Shown: positions 40,332 through 50,402, numbered from the stretch's first letter. The stretch is DNA of 64,000 nt from a bacterium (GCA_965221165.1 CBDCRP010000002.1:960001-1024000), one strand, 5' to 3'. The notes: a model not told the origin generated them from the sequence alone. Made by a program: numbers and translations.

Positions 40332-42998
40332 ATGGCAAGAAGTGTGACCAACTACTACCTTGCGGAAGACAGTGTACCCCTCCCGCCGCCGGACGCGGAG
40401 GTTTTCACCACGGCGTGTGACTATTGCATCGTGGGCTGCGGGTACAAGGTGTACCGGTGGCCGGTCGGACGCGAGGGCGGACCCAAGGGCGTGGAGAACG
40501 CCTTGGGCGTCGATTTCCCAACCGGCATGATGAGCGGCGCCTGGATCAGCCCGAACATGCACAACATTATCCTGGTAAACGGTCGCCCCCACCACGTTAT
40601 CGTCATGCCCGATAAGGATTCGAAGGTCGTGAACGTAGGGGGGAACCACTCCATCCGGGGCGGCGTCCTGGCCAAGAAGCTTTTTAATCCCAACGAACCC
40701 TCGCAGGATCGCCTGCGTCAACCGATGATGCGGGTTCGCGGAACCCTCCAGGAGGTTTCGTGGGAAACGGCCCTGGGCGTCATGGCGGGAATCTCGAAAC
40801 ACGTCCTCGATAAGTACGGCGAGCATGCCTGGGCCATGAAGACGTATTCCTATCAGTATTTCGAAAATACATACGCCATCTCCAAGCTCGCTTTCCGCGC
40901 CATCGGGACGCCGGCCTACGCCCCGCACGACAAGCCGGGCCCCGGCCCGGACACGCCCGGGATCGATTTTTCGGGGATCAACCCCTTCAGCGCTTCTTAT
41001 GACGACTGGGGAGAGGCCGAGGTGATCTTCTTCTCCGGCGTCGATCCATGGGAAACCAAGTCGGTCTTGTTCACCTCCTGGATCATGGGAGGGAAAACGC
41101 CCGGCAAGAAGCTCGTCTTCGCCCTTCCCCGGAAGACCACGGGCGTGGCCTACGGTGAGAAACAGGGCGGTCTTTTCCTTCCGGTCATCCCGGGAACGGA
41201 TACGGTGCTTCACCTGGCCATCATTCGCCTGATCCTGGAAAACGGCTGGGAGGATAGGGAGTGGATTGCGCGAAAGTTGGCGAACAAGTGGGAGATAAAC
41301 TCCGGCATGGGGCGCGGAACCCGCAACACGCCGTGGCAGTGGGTCACGACCTGGGGCAAGTACGGGACCGACTTCGACGGCTACAAGAAGTGGATTCTAA
41401 GCTACCCCTACGCCGAGTTGGACCAAGCCGCCAAGATTACGGGCGTGTCCGCGGCATCCATTCGGAAGACCGCTGAAATACTGGCCAAGCCCAAACCCGA
41501 CGGGACGCGCAAGAAAACCTCGTTCATGCTCGAGAAGGGAAATTACTGGTGCAACAGTTTCGGGAACACGGCTTCCTTCGCGGCCCTCGGGCTGGTTTGC
41601 GGCGCCGGGTCGCGGCCAGGCCGTGTGATTTCCCGCGGAGGGGGGCATCAACGGGGCTGGATGGGCGCAGCCGGTTACCCGAGGAGCCTGTCTCCGGAGA
41701 AGGCGCCGGGACGCCGCAAGAAGGAAATCGATCTGGACCGGTGGGTCGTGGACGGCCACGTCCGCTTTGCATGGGTCATCGGAACCACCTGGTGTCAAGC
41801 CATGGCGGCTTCTCAGGAACTGATGGACGTCTTCCAGCGATTGACTCGCCACAATCCCCATCAGATCGATAGCTTCGACGTTGATGCGGCGGTGAACGCG
41901 CTCAAGCGACGTGCGGACGCCGGCGGCATGGTTGTGGCCCACCAGGACATTTACCCTGTTTCTCCGATCGGAACCGAGTATGCGGATCTGGTGCTTCCGG
42001 CCGCCACCTGGGGCGAGGAAGACTTTACCCGGTGCAACGGCGAGCGTCGCCTCAGGCTGTACAGCAAGTTCGCCGATCCCCCCGGAGAGGCCAGGCCCGA
42101 TTGGTGGATCATCGCAGCGTTCGCCAGGAAGATGGGATTCAAGGGTTTCGACTGGAAAGACAGCAACCAAATCTTCGAGGAGGCGGCCCGCTTCGGACGC
42201 AAGGGGGTACTCAACTACCATCCGCTCGTGGTGAAGGCCAAGCGCGAGGGGAAACGGGGCCACGAATTGCTCCGCGAATACGGGACCGGCGGCATTCAAA
42301 CCCCCATACGCATGGTCAAGGGAGAACTCGTCGGGACGAAGCGGCTCCATGATGAAACCCTTGAATTGGGAACCCCGGAAGGCCCCACGATGCACAGGAA
42401 ATGGCTCACCTCCTTCGGGACCCAGAGCGGCAAGGCGGTTTTGCTGAAAAGCTACTGGGAGGACTTCAAGGATTTCTACGATCGGGTTACTCCGCAAGGA
42501 GACGAGCTGTGGGTGACGAACGGCCGGATCAACGAGCTGTGGCAATCCGGCTACGACGACAAGCGGCGGCCCTATATCATGCAGCGCTGGCCTCAGCAGT
42601 TCCTGGAAATTCACCCGCAAGACGCCCGCGCCCGCGGCATCGAATCCGGAGACCTCGTGGCTATCGAGAACGACGACCTGCTCGTGCAGACGGGAGGATA
42701 CATCGGCGTCGACGGCAAGGAGCAGACGTTTACCGAGCTGATGAAGGCCGGACGAATCAAGAAAAGCAAGGGGAGCTTCACCGCGGTGGCCATCGTCACG
42801 GATGCGGTTCGGGCGGGCGTCACCTTCGCCTATTTCGGCTTTCCCGAAAACCCGGCCAATTCGGTGGTTCACCGGGTGCCGGACCCCCTGACCAACCGCT
42901 ATCGCTATAAGCTGGGCAAGGGGAAGTTGAAGAAGATTGGAGAATCTCCGCACAAGCATTCCCTGACGAGTCTTAGTTTCGTTCCCCGGACGCTTTGA
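40332..42998 (+). CDS. idrA: DMSO reductase-family molybdoenzyme large subunit, AioA/IdrA clade (iodate reductase-like)
   Basis: CDYCIVGCGYKVYRWP [3Fe-4S] motif, YFENTYAI, HDKP, EKG, GGHQRG and NGRINELWQS. Preceded by two peroxidases and a Rieske gene. Confidence 0.82.
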   Translation: MARSVTNYYLAEDSVPLPPPDAEVFTTACDYCIVGCGYKVYRWPVGREGGPKGVENALGVDFPTGMMSGAWISPNMHNIILVNGRPHHVIVMPDKDSKVVNVGGNHSIRGGVLAKKLFNPNEPSQDRLRQPMMRVRGTLQEVSWETALGVMAGISKHVLDKYGEHAWAMKTYSYQYFENTYAISKLAFRAIGTPAYAPHDKPGPGPDTPGIDFSGINPFSASYDDWGEAEVIFFSGVDPWETKSVLFTSWIMGGKTPGKKLVFALPRKTTGVAYGEKQGGLFLPVIPGTDTVLHLAIIRLILENGWEDREWIARKLANKWEINSGMGRGTRNTPWQWVTTWGKYGTDFDGYKKWILSYPYAELDQAAKITGVSAASIRKTAEILAKPKPDGTRKKTSFMLEKGNYWCNSFGNTASFAALGLVCGAGSRPGRVISRGGGHQRGWMGAAGYPRSLSPEKAPGRRKKEIDLDRWVVDGHVRFAWVIGTTWCQAMAASQELMDVFQRLTRHNPHQIDSFDVDAAVNALKRRADAGGMVVAHQDIYPVSPIGTEYADLVLPAATWGEEDFTRCNGERRLRLYSKFADPPGEARPDWWIIAAFARKMGFKGFDWKDSNQIFEEAARFGRKGVLNYHPLVVKAKREGKRGHELLREYGTGGIQTPIRMVKGELVGTKRLHDETLELGTPEGPTMHRKWLTSFGTQSGKAVLLKSYWEDFKDFYDRVTPQGDELWVTNGRINELWQSGYDDKRRPYIMQRWPQQFLEIHPQDARARGIESGDLVAIENDDLLVQTGGYIGVDGKEQTFTELMKAGRIKKSKGSFTAVAIVTDAVRAGVTFAYFGFPENPANSVVHRVPDPLTNRYRYKLGKGKLKKIGESPHKHSLTSLSFVPRTL

Positions 42999-43049
42999 TG
43001 GAGATGGATGCTTACAAACCCGTAGAACCGTGAGGGAGGTTGAAAACGA

Positions 43050-43430
43050 ATGACTCGATCGAGAAGCTTTTTCATCTGCGCCATCGGCGTACTCGGAATG
43101 GCGATCTTTTTCTGGTCCTCTAATGACGGCGTCGCTCAGCAAAAAGGCGACGCTGCGGCCGGCAAGGTCAAATACCAGCAGCTTTGCGCCTCCTGCCACG
43201 GGGCGAAGGGCAAGGGCGACGGTCCCGCTGCCGGTGCGCTCAACCCGAAACCCAGAAATCACACGGACGCCAAATATATGAAGACCATATCGGATGAGTA
43301 TATCGCCAAGATCACCAAGCTAGGCGGCGTCGCGGTAGGGAAATCGCCGTTGATGCCCCCCTGGGGCGGAGTTCTTTCGGACCCGGACGTCCGAAACGTA
43401 GTCGCATTCATTCGCTCCCTGGCGAAATAG
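43050..43430 (+). CDS. Monoheme class I cytochrome c
   Basis: Signal peptide, CASCH and distal MPPW. Confidence 0.9.
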   Translation: MTRSRSFFICAIGVLGMAIFFWSSNDGVAQQKGDAAAGKVKYQQLCASCHGAKGKGDGPAAGALNPKPRNHTDAKYMKTISDEYIAKITKLGGVAVGKSPLMPPWGGVLSDPDVRNVVAFIRSLAK

Positions 43431-43434
43431 GAGC

Positions 43435-45492
43435 ATGGGGATGGATTCAGGGAATCGGGATACTCTCCCCCCCGAGCGCTCCTTTCGGGTCGAGTTGCCC
43501 GGCCACGACCACTGGCGGAAAACGATTTCTTGCCAGGCGGCCTGTCCCGTCCATACGGACGCGCGGGGTTACGTGACCGCAATCTCCGAGGAGGACTTTG
43601 AGCGTGCATATATCATCGCCCGGGGACCAAACCCCTTTGCGTCCGTTTGCGGACGCATCTGTGCGGCGCCGTGCGAAGCGGCCTGCCGCCGCGGCAACAT
43701 CGACGCGCCGGTGGCTATCCGGGCGCTCAAGCGATTCGTAACGGAGCGCTACGGGGTAGAGGCCGATTTGTCGTCCGGAAAGAGAGAAACCCCCTTCTCG
43801 CACCGGAGCCTCGGGAGTCTGCGCGATCTCCGTTTTCAGCCCTCCACACGCACCATCAACGATTTCTCGGTGCTGGAGGCGGCCCGCCGGAAACCCGAAC
43901 AGGGAAAGACGGCGGGGAAAAAAGTGGCCGTCGTCGGATCGGGTGTAGCGGGGTTGACTTGCGCCCACGATCTCGCCTTGCTCGGCTATGACGTGAGCGT
44001 TTTCGAAAAGCAGGGAGTCCCCGGAGGCATGCTGATGCTCGGGGTTCCTGAGTACCGGCTTCCGCGCGATCTCGTTCAGGCCGAGATCCAGGCCATACTC
44101 AGCCTGGGTGTGGAGCTACGACTGAACAAAGCCATCGGGCGAGACTTCGACCTTTCCGCTCTTCGCGAGGAAGGCTTTGAAGCGGTGTTCATCGCCATCG
44201 GCGCTCATGTAAGCCGCAGCCTTCCCGTGGAGGGGCGGGACGCAGACGGTGTTTTCCGGGCCGTTGAATTTCTGCTGAACGTGAATCTGAATTTCCGCGT
44301 CGAATTGGGTGAGCGCGTCGTCGTGATCGGCGGGGGAAACGTGGCCATGGACGCCGCCCGGGTCGCCGCCCGGGTCGCCGGTCAGGCGGATGTTCCCTCG
44401 AGCGTGAGCGATCAAACGGAGGACGCCGTCCACATGCGGGAAATGATGGACGTGGCCCGGCAGGCGATGCGCGTAGGAGCGAGGAGCGTCCATGTCGTCT
44501 GCCTGGAATCCCGCGATGAGATGCCGGCGTCGGATTTCGAGATTGAAGAAGCGCTGGGTGAAGGGATCGAGATCGAGCCTCGGGTGGCACCCATTCGTAT
44601 TGTAGAGAACGGGGGCCGGGTGGCCGGGCTGGAAGTCCACACATGCACCCGTGTCCGTGACGAAGAGGGCCGCTTCAGTCCGGAATTCGAACCCGGCACC
44701 AATCGCGTGATTCCGTGCGATTCGGTAATCGTAGCCGTCGGCCAGTCCTCCGACCTGTCCTGGATCGGCGAGGAGGACGGCATCGAGACGACGCCGCGAG
44801 GGACAATCCGTATAGATCCCCAAACCCTGGCCACAACCGCACCGGGCGTGTATGCGGGAGGAGACGTTGCCCAGGGCCCCCGGATCTTCATTGAAGGGGT
44901 GGAAAACGGCCACCGGGCCGCTCGCTCCATCCACACCTATCTTTCAGGCGGCCAGGTCAACGTCCAGACCCATTTTCAGTGGGCCCCCATCGAACCCTTG
45001 CGGCAAGCGCTGCTTCAGGAGCCGGGAGATGGATTTTCGCTCCCCATCGTCAATCCCGGCTACCAGAAAACTTCCCGGCGAAACCCCGACGCGCTGCCCA
45101 TCGAGCGCCGAATCGGCGTCGCCGAGGTGGAACTGGGCTATTCGCCCGGGGAAGCGGTCGATCAGGGAGTCCGGTGCCTGCGCTGCAGCGCGAATCCGAT
45201 CTTCGACGGCGCCAAGTGCATCCTGTGCGGCGGTTGTGTGGACGTCTGCCCGTCACGCTGCCTTCGAATGGTTCCTCTGGAAGCCCTTCAGGGAGGAGAG
45301 GATCTGGCGGCTTTGATCCGCACTCGCTACGGGACGTCCGCCGGGGGCGCCGGAGAGGTGGGAAGAGGCGCGGCCATGATCATGGATCCGGACGCGTGTA
45401 TCCGTTGTTCGCTCTGTGTGCAGCGTTGTCCCACGGGCGCCGTCACCATCGAGAATTTTTCTTTCCAGGAAGAATGGGTGGAGCTTGGATGA
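43435..45492 (+). CDS. GltD/NfnA-like FAD- and Fe-S-containing NAD(P) oxidoreductase with a C-terminal 2[4Fe-4S] domain
   Basis: CQAACP...CGRICAAPCEAAC, GSGVAG, GGGNVA, CLRC, CILCGGCVDVCP and CIRCSLCVQRCP. No signal peptide. Confidence 0.9.
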   Translation: MGMDSGNRDTLPPERSFRVELPGHDHWRKTISCQAACPVHTDARGYVTAISEEDFERAYIIARGPNPFASVCGRICAAPCEAACRRGNIDAPVAIRALKRFVTERYGVEADLSSGKRETPFSHRSLGSLRDLRFQPSTRTINDFSVLEAARRKPEQGKTAGKKVAVVGSGVAGLTCAHDLALLGYDVSVFEKQGVPGGMLMLGVPEYRLPRDLVQAEIQAILSLGVELRLNKAIGRDFDLSALREEGFEAVFIAIGAHVSRSLPVEGRDADGVFRAVEFLLNVNLNFRVELGERVVVIGGGNVAMDAARVAARVAGQADVPSSVSDQTEDAVHMREMMDVARQAMRVGARSVHVVCLESRDEMPASDFEIEEALGEGIEIEPRVAPIRIVENGGRVAGLEVHTCTRVRDEEGRFSPEFEPGTNRVIPCDSVIVAVGQSSDLSWIGEEDGIETTPRGTIRIDPQTLATTAPGVYAGGDVAQGPRIFIEGVENGHRAARSIHTYLSGGQVNVQTHFQWAPIEPLRQALLQEPGDGFSLPIVNPGYQKTSRRNPDALPIERRIGVAEVELGYSPGEAVDQGVRCLRCSANPIFDGAKCILCGGCVDVCPSRCLRMVPLEALQGGEDLAALIRTRYGTSAGGAGEVGRGAAMIMDPDACIRCSLCVQRCPTGAVTIENFSFQEEWVELG

Positions 45493-45493
45493 C

Positions 45494-45985
45494 ATGACTG
45501 CGAGCCTGGATGAATCGACCCCCCGGCGGCGGATGCTTTTGGGTCTCGGCTGGGTTTCCTTCCTGGTCTCCCTGCTGGGTCCGGTTCTCGCCAACGTCCG
45601 GTTTTTGTTCCCCAACGTCGTTTATGAAGGCGAGGCAGTTCTGAAACTCGATTCCCTGAAGAAGTACCCCGTGGGTTCCATCACGTTTTTTGCAGAAAAA
45701 AAAGTGGTTCTTTTCCGTGAAAAGGACGGATTTAGGGCCTGTACGGCCGTCTGTCCCCATCTTCGTTGTGTGATTGGTCCCTTCGTCGGGGCGCCCGGGG
45801 CGTCTCCTGATATTTTAAGGGCCCGGTGCCCGTGCCACGGCAGCACTTTCGACGGCCGGGGACAGGTGCTCGGGGGGCCTGCGCCTCGAGGACTCGATTT
45901 TTTCCTCGTAACGAAATCGCCGGATGGCCGCGTCGTGGTCGATACGCGCAAAGTCGTCGGTCCCTCCGAGCATTTCAGACTCTGA
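45494..45985 (+). CDS. Rieske [2Fe-2S] subunit of a Rieske/cytochrome b complex
   Basis: RRRMLL plus TM helix; CPHLRC...CPCHGSTF; GPAPRGL. Confidence 0.9.
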   Translation: MTASLDESTPRRRMLLGLGWVSFLVSLLGPVLANVRFLFPNVVYEGEAVLKLDSLKKYPVGSITFFAEKKVVLFREKDGFRACTAVCPHLRCVIGPFVGAPGASPDILRARCPCHGSTFDGRGQVLGGPAPRGLDFFLVTKSPDGRVVVDTRKVVGPSEHFRL

Positions 45986-45994
45986 GTCGACATC

Positions 45995-47491
45995 GTGGCT
46001 ATTGAACCCCCACCGAAATCAGGGCGCAGAAAAGCCGCATCCTGGATTAGGGACAACCGCGTAGTCCGCTCGATCTTCCGCCGCGGCTACCCGGACAACG
46101 ATCTGGACCGCTCGGCGGTCATGTTCTCTAATTTCTTCCTTCACGTCCTTCCCGCGCGAACACACGTCAACAGCCTGAAGCCCACCTACACCTGGGGGCT
46201 CGGCATCATCTCTTTTTTCCTCTTTCTCATTCTTACGGGCACCGGCTTTTTGCTCATGTTCTTCTACGTCCCTTCGACCGAACGCGCCTATAACGACATG
46301 AAAGACCTGCAATTCGTCGTCTCCTACGGCATTGTCTTGCGAAACCTCCATCGCTGGGCTGCCCATGCGATGGTCGCCATCGTCTTTTTGCACATGTGCC
46401 GGGTGTTCTACACGAGCAGCTATAAAGCGCCCCGTGAGTTCAACTGGGTTATCGGGGTGCTCCTCTGGGGGGCGACCCTGATGATGAGCTTCACGGGCTA
46501 TCTGCTCCCCTGGGATCAACTCGCCTATTGGGCCATCACCGTCGGGTCGAGCATCGCCAGCTATCCGCCCCTGGTTGGAGAATACATTCGCACCCTGATG
46601 CTCGGAGGCGACACGGTGGGGCAAAACGCCTTGATCCGGTTTTACGTCATGCATGTCGTGGTCCTGCCGGGCATTATGCTCATACTCATGGGCGTCCATT
46701 TCTGGCGGATTCGCAAAGACGGGGGCCTCTCTCGTCCACCCACGGAGCCCCTGAAGGCCGCTGTAGGCAAGTCGGCGGCTTTTTCGCCGCACAAGACATA
46801 CATGCTCGTGGAACTGGCGGAAGGCAAAACGCCCATGGTGGATGCCCAGGCCCCGGAGGAAGAGGTCATGAGTTGGCCTCACACGGTTTTCAGAATGCTG
46901 GTCGTCTTCGTGGGAGTCGTGGCGGTTCTCTCCGCCGTCGCCTATTTTTTCGATGCTCCTCTGGAGGAGTTGGCCAACCCCGAGCATCCGCCCAACCCCG
47001 CCAAAGCCCCCTGGTACTTCCTTGGACTTCAGGAAATCGTGAGCTATTCCGCTCTGGCGGGAGGCGTCATCGTTCCCGCCGCTGCGATTATCGGCCTCAT
47101 GAGCATTCCCTACATAGACCGCAACCCGGAGGGCCAGGGAAATTGGTTCACCTCACACCAGGGTCGGCGGATTACGCTTGGGTCGGTCCTGGCGATTATT
47201 CCGGTCGTCCTCATCCTGACCTATCTGAACGAGCACTACGCCGTGCGGAAGCTGGTTCCGGGCGCTCCGCAAATCTGGGTCGACCTCTTGAATCCGGGGA
47301 CCATACTGATCGCTCTGTTCGCCGTCGGGTCGCTTTACACCTGGCGGCGGACGGGGTCGAGCCGGATGGGGGCCTTGGCCTTGTATTCTTATTTTCTGAC
47401 GTCTTATGTGATTTACACGATCATCGGGCTTTATTTTCGTGGAGCCAACTGGGCCTGGATATGGCCGTGGCAGGCCATGGGCCTGCACTGA
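45995..47491 (+). CDS. Cytochrome b (fused b6 + subunit IV)
   Basis: [28 protein letters not shown]-x14-H and [14 protein letters not shown] motifs. Confidence 0.92.
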   Translation: MAIEPPPKSGRRKAASWIRDNRVVRSIFRRGYPDNDLDRSAVMFSNFFLHVLPARTHVNSLKPTYTWGLGIISFFLFLILTGTGFLLMFFYVPSTERAYNDMKDLQFVVSYGIVLRNLHRWAAHAMVAIVFLHMCRVFYTSSYKAPREFNWVIGVLLWGATLMMSFTGYLLPWDQLAYWAITVGSSIASYPPLVGEYIRTLMLGGDTVGQNALIRFYVMHVVVLPGIMLILMGVHFWRIRKDGGLSRPPTEPLKAAVGKSAAFSPHKTYMLVELAEGKTPMVDAQAPEEEVMSWPHTVFRMLVVFVGVVAVLSAVAYFFDAPLEELANPEHPPNPAKAPWYFLGLQEIVSYSALAGGVIVPAAAIIGLMSIPYIDRNPEGQGNWFTSHQGRRITLGSVLAIIPVVLILTYLNEHYAVRKLVPGAPQIWVDLLNPGTILIALFAVGSLYTWRRTGSSRMGALALYSYFLTSYVIYTIIGLYFRGANWAWIWPWQAMGLH

Positions 47492-47503
47492 GGCCGATAA
47501 CGA

Positions 47504-48307
47504 ATGACGAATTCAACGCAGAATAATTCCTATGTACCGTTCGGGTGGGTGGTCGCATTCGCCGTGCTGAGCGTGTGCGCGGCCTTATTCTTTCTGCTGT
47601 CCGTCTGGAAGGATTACGACCGCGAATGGAGGGGCTATCAACGGACGTTCCGTGAAATGCTCGTCGCAAGAACAGAAAGCGAAGAGGAGCGTAAAACCGT
47701 TCTGGCGAGCGGAGATCAATTCGAGCAGATCATCGTGGACCGAGGCGAGCGCGTAGACAGGTGCGTCATGTGCCATCGGGGAATCGAGCACCCGGCGTTT
47801 CAGGGCGCCGCTCAACCCTTCGCCAGCCATCCCTCCATCCCGCTGCATCCCTTCGAGCAATTCGGTTGCACCGTGTGCCACCAGGGCCAGGGCAGGGCGA
47901 CGACCCTTCAGGATGCCCACGGAGAAGTCCGGTTCTGGGAGGAGCCGCTCCTCCGGGGAGGGTTCATTCAAGCCAGTTGCGGTCCGTGTCACGCAGGCGT
48001 TTTGAAAGAGGCCCCTCTCATTCAGAAGGGAAAGCTGCTTTATCTGATGAACGGCTGCATCGCCTGCCACAAAATCAGGGGAGCCGGCGGGGTTGTCGGG
48101 CCCGACCTGACGTTTGCGGGGGAGCGCCGGAAAGACCCGAAATGGCACATCGAACATTTCAAGGCCCCGCAAAGGGTTTCTCCCGGATCCGCCATGCCCG
48201 CCTACACCCACTTGTCGCCGGCGGACCTCGAAGCGCTGACGGTTTACATGTTGAGCCTCCGCAGGGCCCCTTCCGCCTTGGCGCTGGCTGCACCCAGAAA
48301 AAAATAG
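47504..48307 (+). CDS. Membrane-anchored tetraheme cytochrome c
   Basis: N-terminal TM helix; CVMCH, CTVCH, CGPCH and CIACH; GPDL...SAMP. Confidence 0.88.
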   Translation: MTNSTQNNSYVPFGWVVAFAVLSVCAALFFLLSVWKDYDREWRGYQRTFREMLVARTESEEERKTVLASGDQFEQIIVDRGERVDRCVMCHRGIEHPAFQGAAQPFASHPSIPLHPFEQFGCTVCHQGQGRATTLQDAHGEVRFWEEPLLRGGFIQASCGPCHAGVLKEAPLIQKGKLLYLMNGCIACHKIRGAGGVVGPDLTFAGERRKDPKWHIEHFKAPQRVSPGSAMPAYTHLSPADLEALTVYMLSLRRAPSALALAAPRKK

Positions 48308-48334
48308 AAATAGTATCGCTCTTCCGCGGTCGCG

Positions 48335-49699
48335 CTAGTTGAGCAGCACCCTCGGTAGCCACATGGCGATGCCGGGAAAGGCCATGACCAGCCCCAGCCC
48401 GATGAGTTGGAGAATCACGAAGGGGATGATCCCGCGATATATCTGCGAGAGGCGCACCTGGGGCGGCGCTACCCCCTTCATGTAGAACAGCGCGAAGCCG
48501 AAAGGCGGGGTCAGGAACGATGTCTGTAGGTTGACCGCCATCAGAATCGAGAACCAGTAGATGACCTCGCTCTTGGGCAGGTGGTCGCCGAAGTCCAGCC
48601 CGGCGAGGATCGGCGCAAACACCGGGAGCACGATGAGCGTGATCTCGATCCAGTCGAAGAAGAACCCGAGGAAGAACGTCACCGCCATCAGGATCCCCAG
48701 GATTCCCCAGGGGTTGACCCCCACGGAGTAGATCACGTCCTTGATGAAGTCGTCGCCGCCGAGCGAGCGGAAGACGTAGGAGAAGGCGGTCGCCCCGACG
48801 AATATGAAGAACAGCATCGCGTTGGTGAGCGCGGTGCGCTCGACCACGTCCTTCAGGACCGAGAAGTTCAGCTTGCGGTTGAAGATGGCGAGCAGAGTCG
48901 CTCCGGCCGCGCCGACCCCTGCCGCTTCGGTGGGCGTCGCCCAGCCGAGGATGATCGACCCCAGGACCAGGACGATCAGAAACACCGCCGGCACCAAGCC
49001 TTTGAGCAACATCAGGATCAGTTCGTTTGGCGTCTGTGGACCCATCTCCTTGGGCAGGCGCGGCGCCAGGGAGGGATTCACGGCGCACCGCGTGAAGATG
49101 TAGACGAAATAGAGCCCGGAGAGGATCAGGCCGGGGAAGATGGCCGCGACGAACAGGGTTCCCACCGAACGCCCGAGAAGATCGGCCATGATGACCAGCA
49201 TGATGCTGGGCGGTATCAGTATCCCGAGCGTGCCCGAGGCGGCGATGGTGCCGGTCGAGAGCTCCATGTTGTATTTGCGCTCGACCATGACCGGCAGCGC
49301 CATCAGGCTGATCATCACGACCGAAGCGCCGATGATGCCGGTCGTCGCCGCGAGGATCGTCCCCATGACCGTGACCGCGAGCGCCAGCCCGCCCGGGGTG
49401 CGGCGCAGCACCACCTGGAGGCAGTACAGGAGGTTGGCGGCGACGCCGGAGCGTTCCAGCATCGTCCCCATGAAGATGAACATGGGGATCGCAACGAGAA
49501 CCAGGTTGTCGGCGAAACCCCAGATCCGGAGCACGAGGTTGAAGAACTCGATTTGGGAGAAGACATCGAAATACATGCCGATAAAGCCGAAGGCGAGCCC
49601 CACGCCGCCCAGTACGAATCCGACCGGGAAGCCCGAGAACAAGAGAGTCGCCAGGGTGAGGAACATGAAGGCCGGCAGGTAGTCCTCGACATAGAACAT
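48335..49699 (-). CDS. dctM: TRAP transporter large permease
   Basis: AIPMFIFMG, SGTLGILIPPS, ATPTEA and SFLTPPFG motifs. Confidence 0.93.
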   Translation of the reverse strand: MFYVEDYLPAFMFLTLATLLFSGFPVGFVLGGVGLAFGFIGMYFDVFSQIEFFNLVLRIWGFADNLVLVAIPMFIFMGTMLERSGVAANLLYCLQVVLRRTPGGLALAVTVMGTILAATTGIIGASVVMISLMALPVMVERKYNMELSTGTIAASGTLGILIPPSIMLVIMADLLGRSVGTLFVAAIFPGLILSGLYFVYIFTRCAVNPSLAPRLPKEMGPQTPNELILMLLKGLVPAVFLIVLVLGSIILGWATPTEAAGVGAAGATLLAIFNRKLNFSVLKDVVERTALTNAMLFFIFVGATAFSYVFRSLGGDDFIKDVIYSVGVNPWGILGILMAVTFFLGFFFDWIEITLIVLPVFAPILAGLDFGDHLPKSEVIYWFSILMAVNLQTSFLTPPFGFALFYMKGVAPPQVRLSQIYRGIIPFVILQLIGLGLVMAFPGIAMWLPRVLLN

Positions 49700-49711
49700 G
49701 CGCAGGCGCCC

Positions 49712-50290
49712 CTAGCTCGGCCCGATCTGGTCGATCTGTTCGGTCGCGTGCTCTTCCTTTTTGGGGAGGAGTTGGCGAAGGTCCGGTGGGCCGAACAGCT
49801 CGATGATCTTGCGCAGCAGGACGGTGATCCCCGACAGGAGCAGGACGAACAGCCCGATAGGCAGGCACGCCTTGATCGCCCAGCGATAGGGAAGGCCGGT
49901 CGCGGAGTCTGAGGCCTCGCCGACGGCCCATGATCTCTCGACGAAGTCTTCGGCGAAATAGACGACAATCAGGCAGTAGGGGATCACGAACACGATGCAG
50001 CCCACGAACTCGACCCAATCCCTGGCGCGCGAACTCAACCGCTCACGGATCAGGTCGATTCGCACGTGGGCGTCGTTGAGATAAGCGAAGCCTATACACA
50101 GCAGGAACAATAGCGCGTGCAGGTGCCACTCGCCTTCCTGCAGCTTGGTCGATCCCAGCACCAGGAAACGCCGGGTCACGACGTCGAAAATGATGACGAC
50201 CATCAGCGGAATCGAGAACCACGCGCTGACTTTACCGACGCCGATCACGATCCGGGCCAGAAACTCTTGCAATTGAAACAGATGCCGCAT
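49712..50290 (-). CDS. dctQ: TRAP transporter small permease
   Basis: Four TM helices; EWHL and HVRIDL motifs. Confidence 0.9.
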   Translation of the reverse strand: MRHLFQLQEFLARIVIGVGKVSAWFSIPLMVVIIFDVVTRRFLVLGSTKLQEGEWHLHALLFLLCIGFAYLNDAHVRIDLIRERLSSRARDWVEFVGCIVFVIPYCLIVVYFAEDFVERSWAVGEASDSATGLPYRWAIKACLPIGLFVLLLSGITVLLRKIIELFGPPDLRQLLPKKEEHATEQIDQIGPS

Positions 50291-50318
50291 CAATGGGCTT
50301 CCTGGCGCAACATACGCG

Positions 50319-50359
50319 AAAAAGGCGCCGGAACCGTGACCGTTACGGTTCCGGCGCCT
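50319..50359 (-). terminator. Intra-operon hairpin after dctP
   Basis: 15-bp perfect stem AGGCGCCGGAACCGT/ACGGTTCCGGCGCCT followed by a T-run on the - strand. Confidence 0.7.
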
Positions 50360-50402
50360 GTACTGTGGTCAAGCGGAACGGCGGAGCGCCGTCACATCGG
50401 TC

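Noticed and set aside
39777-42998. Canonical arsenite oxidase aioBA
   Set aside because: Lacks HNRPAYNSE and GGHQEG, has no aioXSR, and has two upstream peroxidases, so Idr-like is preferred. Not fully excluded without a tree.
41397-43262. 621-aa antisense ORF over idrA, and similar long shadow ORFs (e.g. 48159-50018, 37516-38850)
   Set aside because: No motifs and low-complexity composition. These are expected by-products of high-GC codon bias overlapping well-supported genes.
43435-45492. Glutamate synthase small subunit
   Set aside because: No gltB nearby, extra ferredoxin domain, and tightly linked to Rieske/cytochrome b genes.
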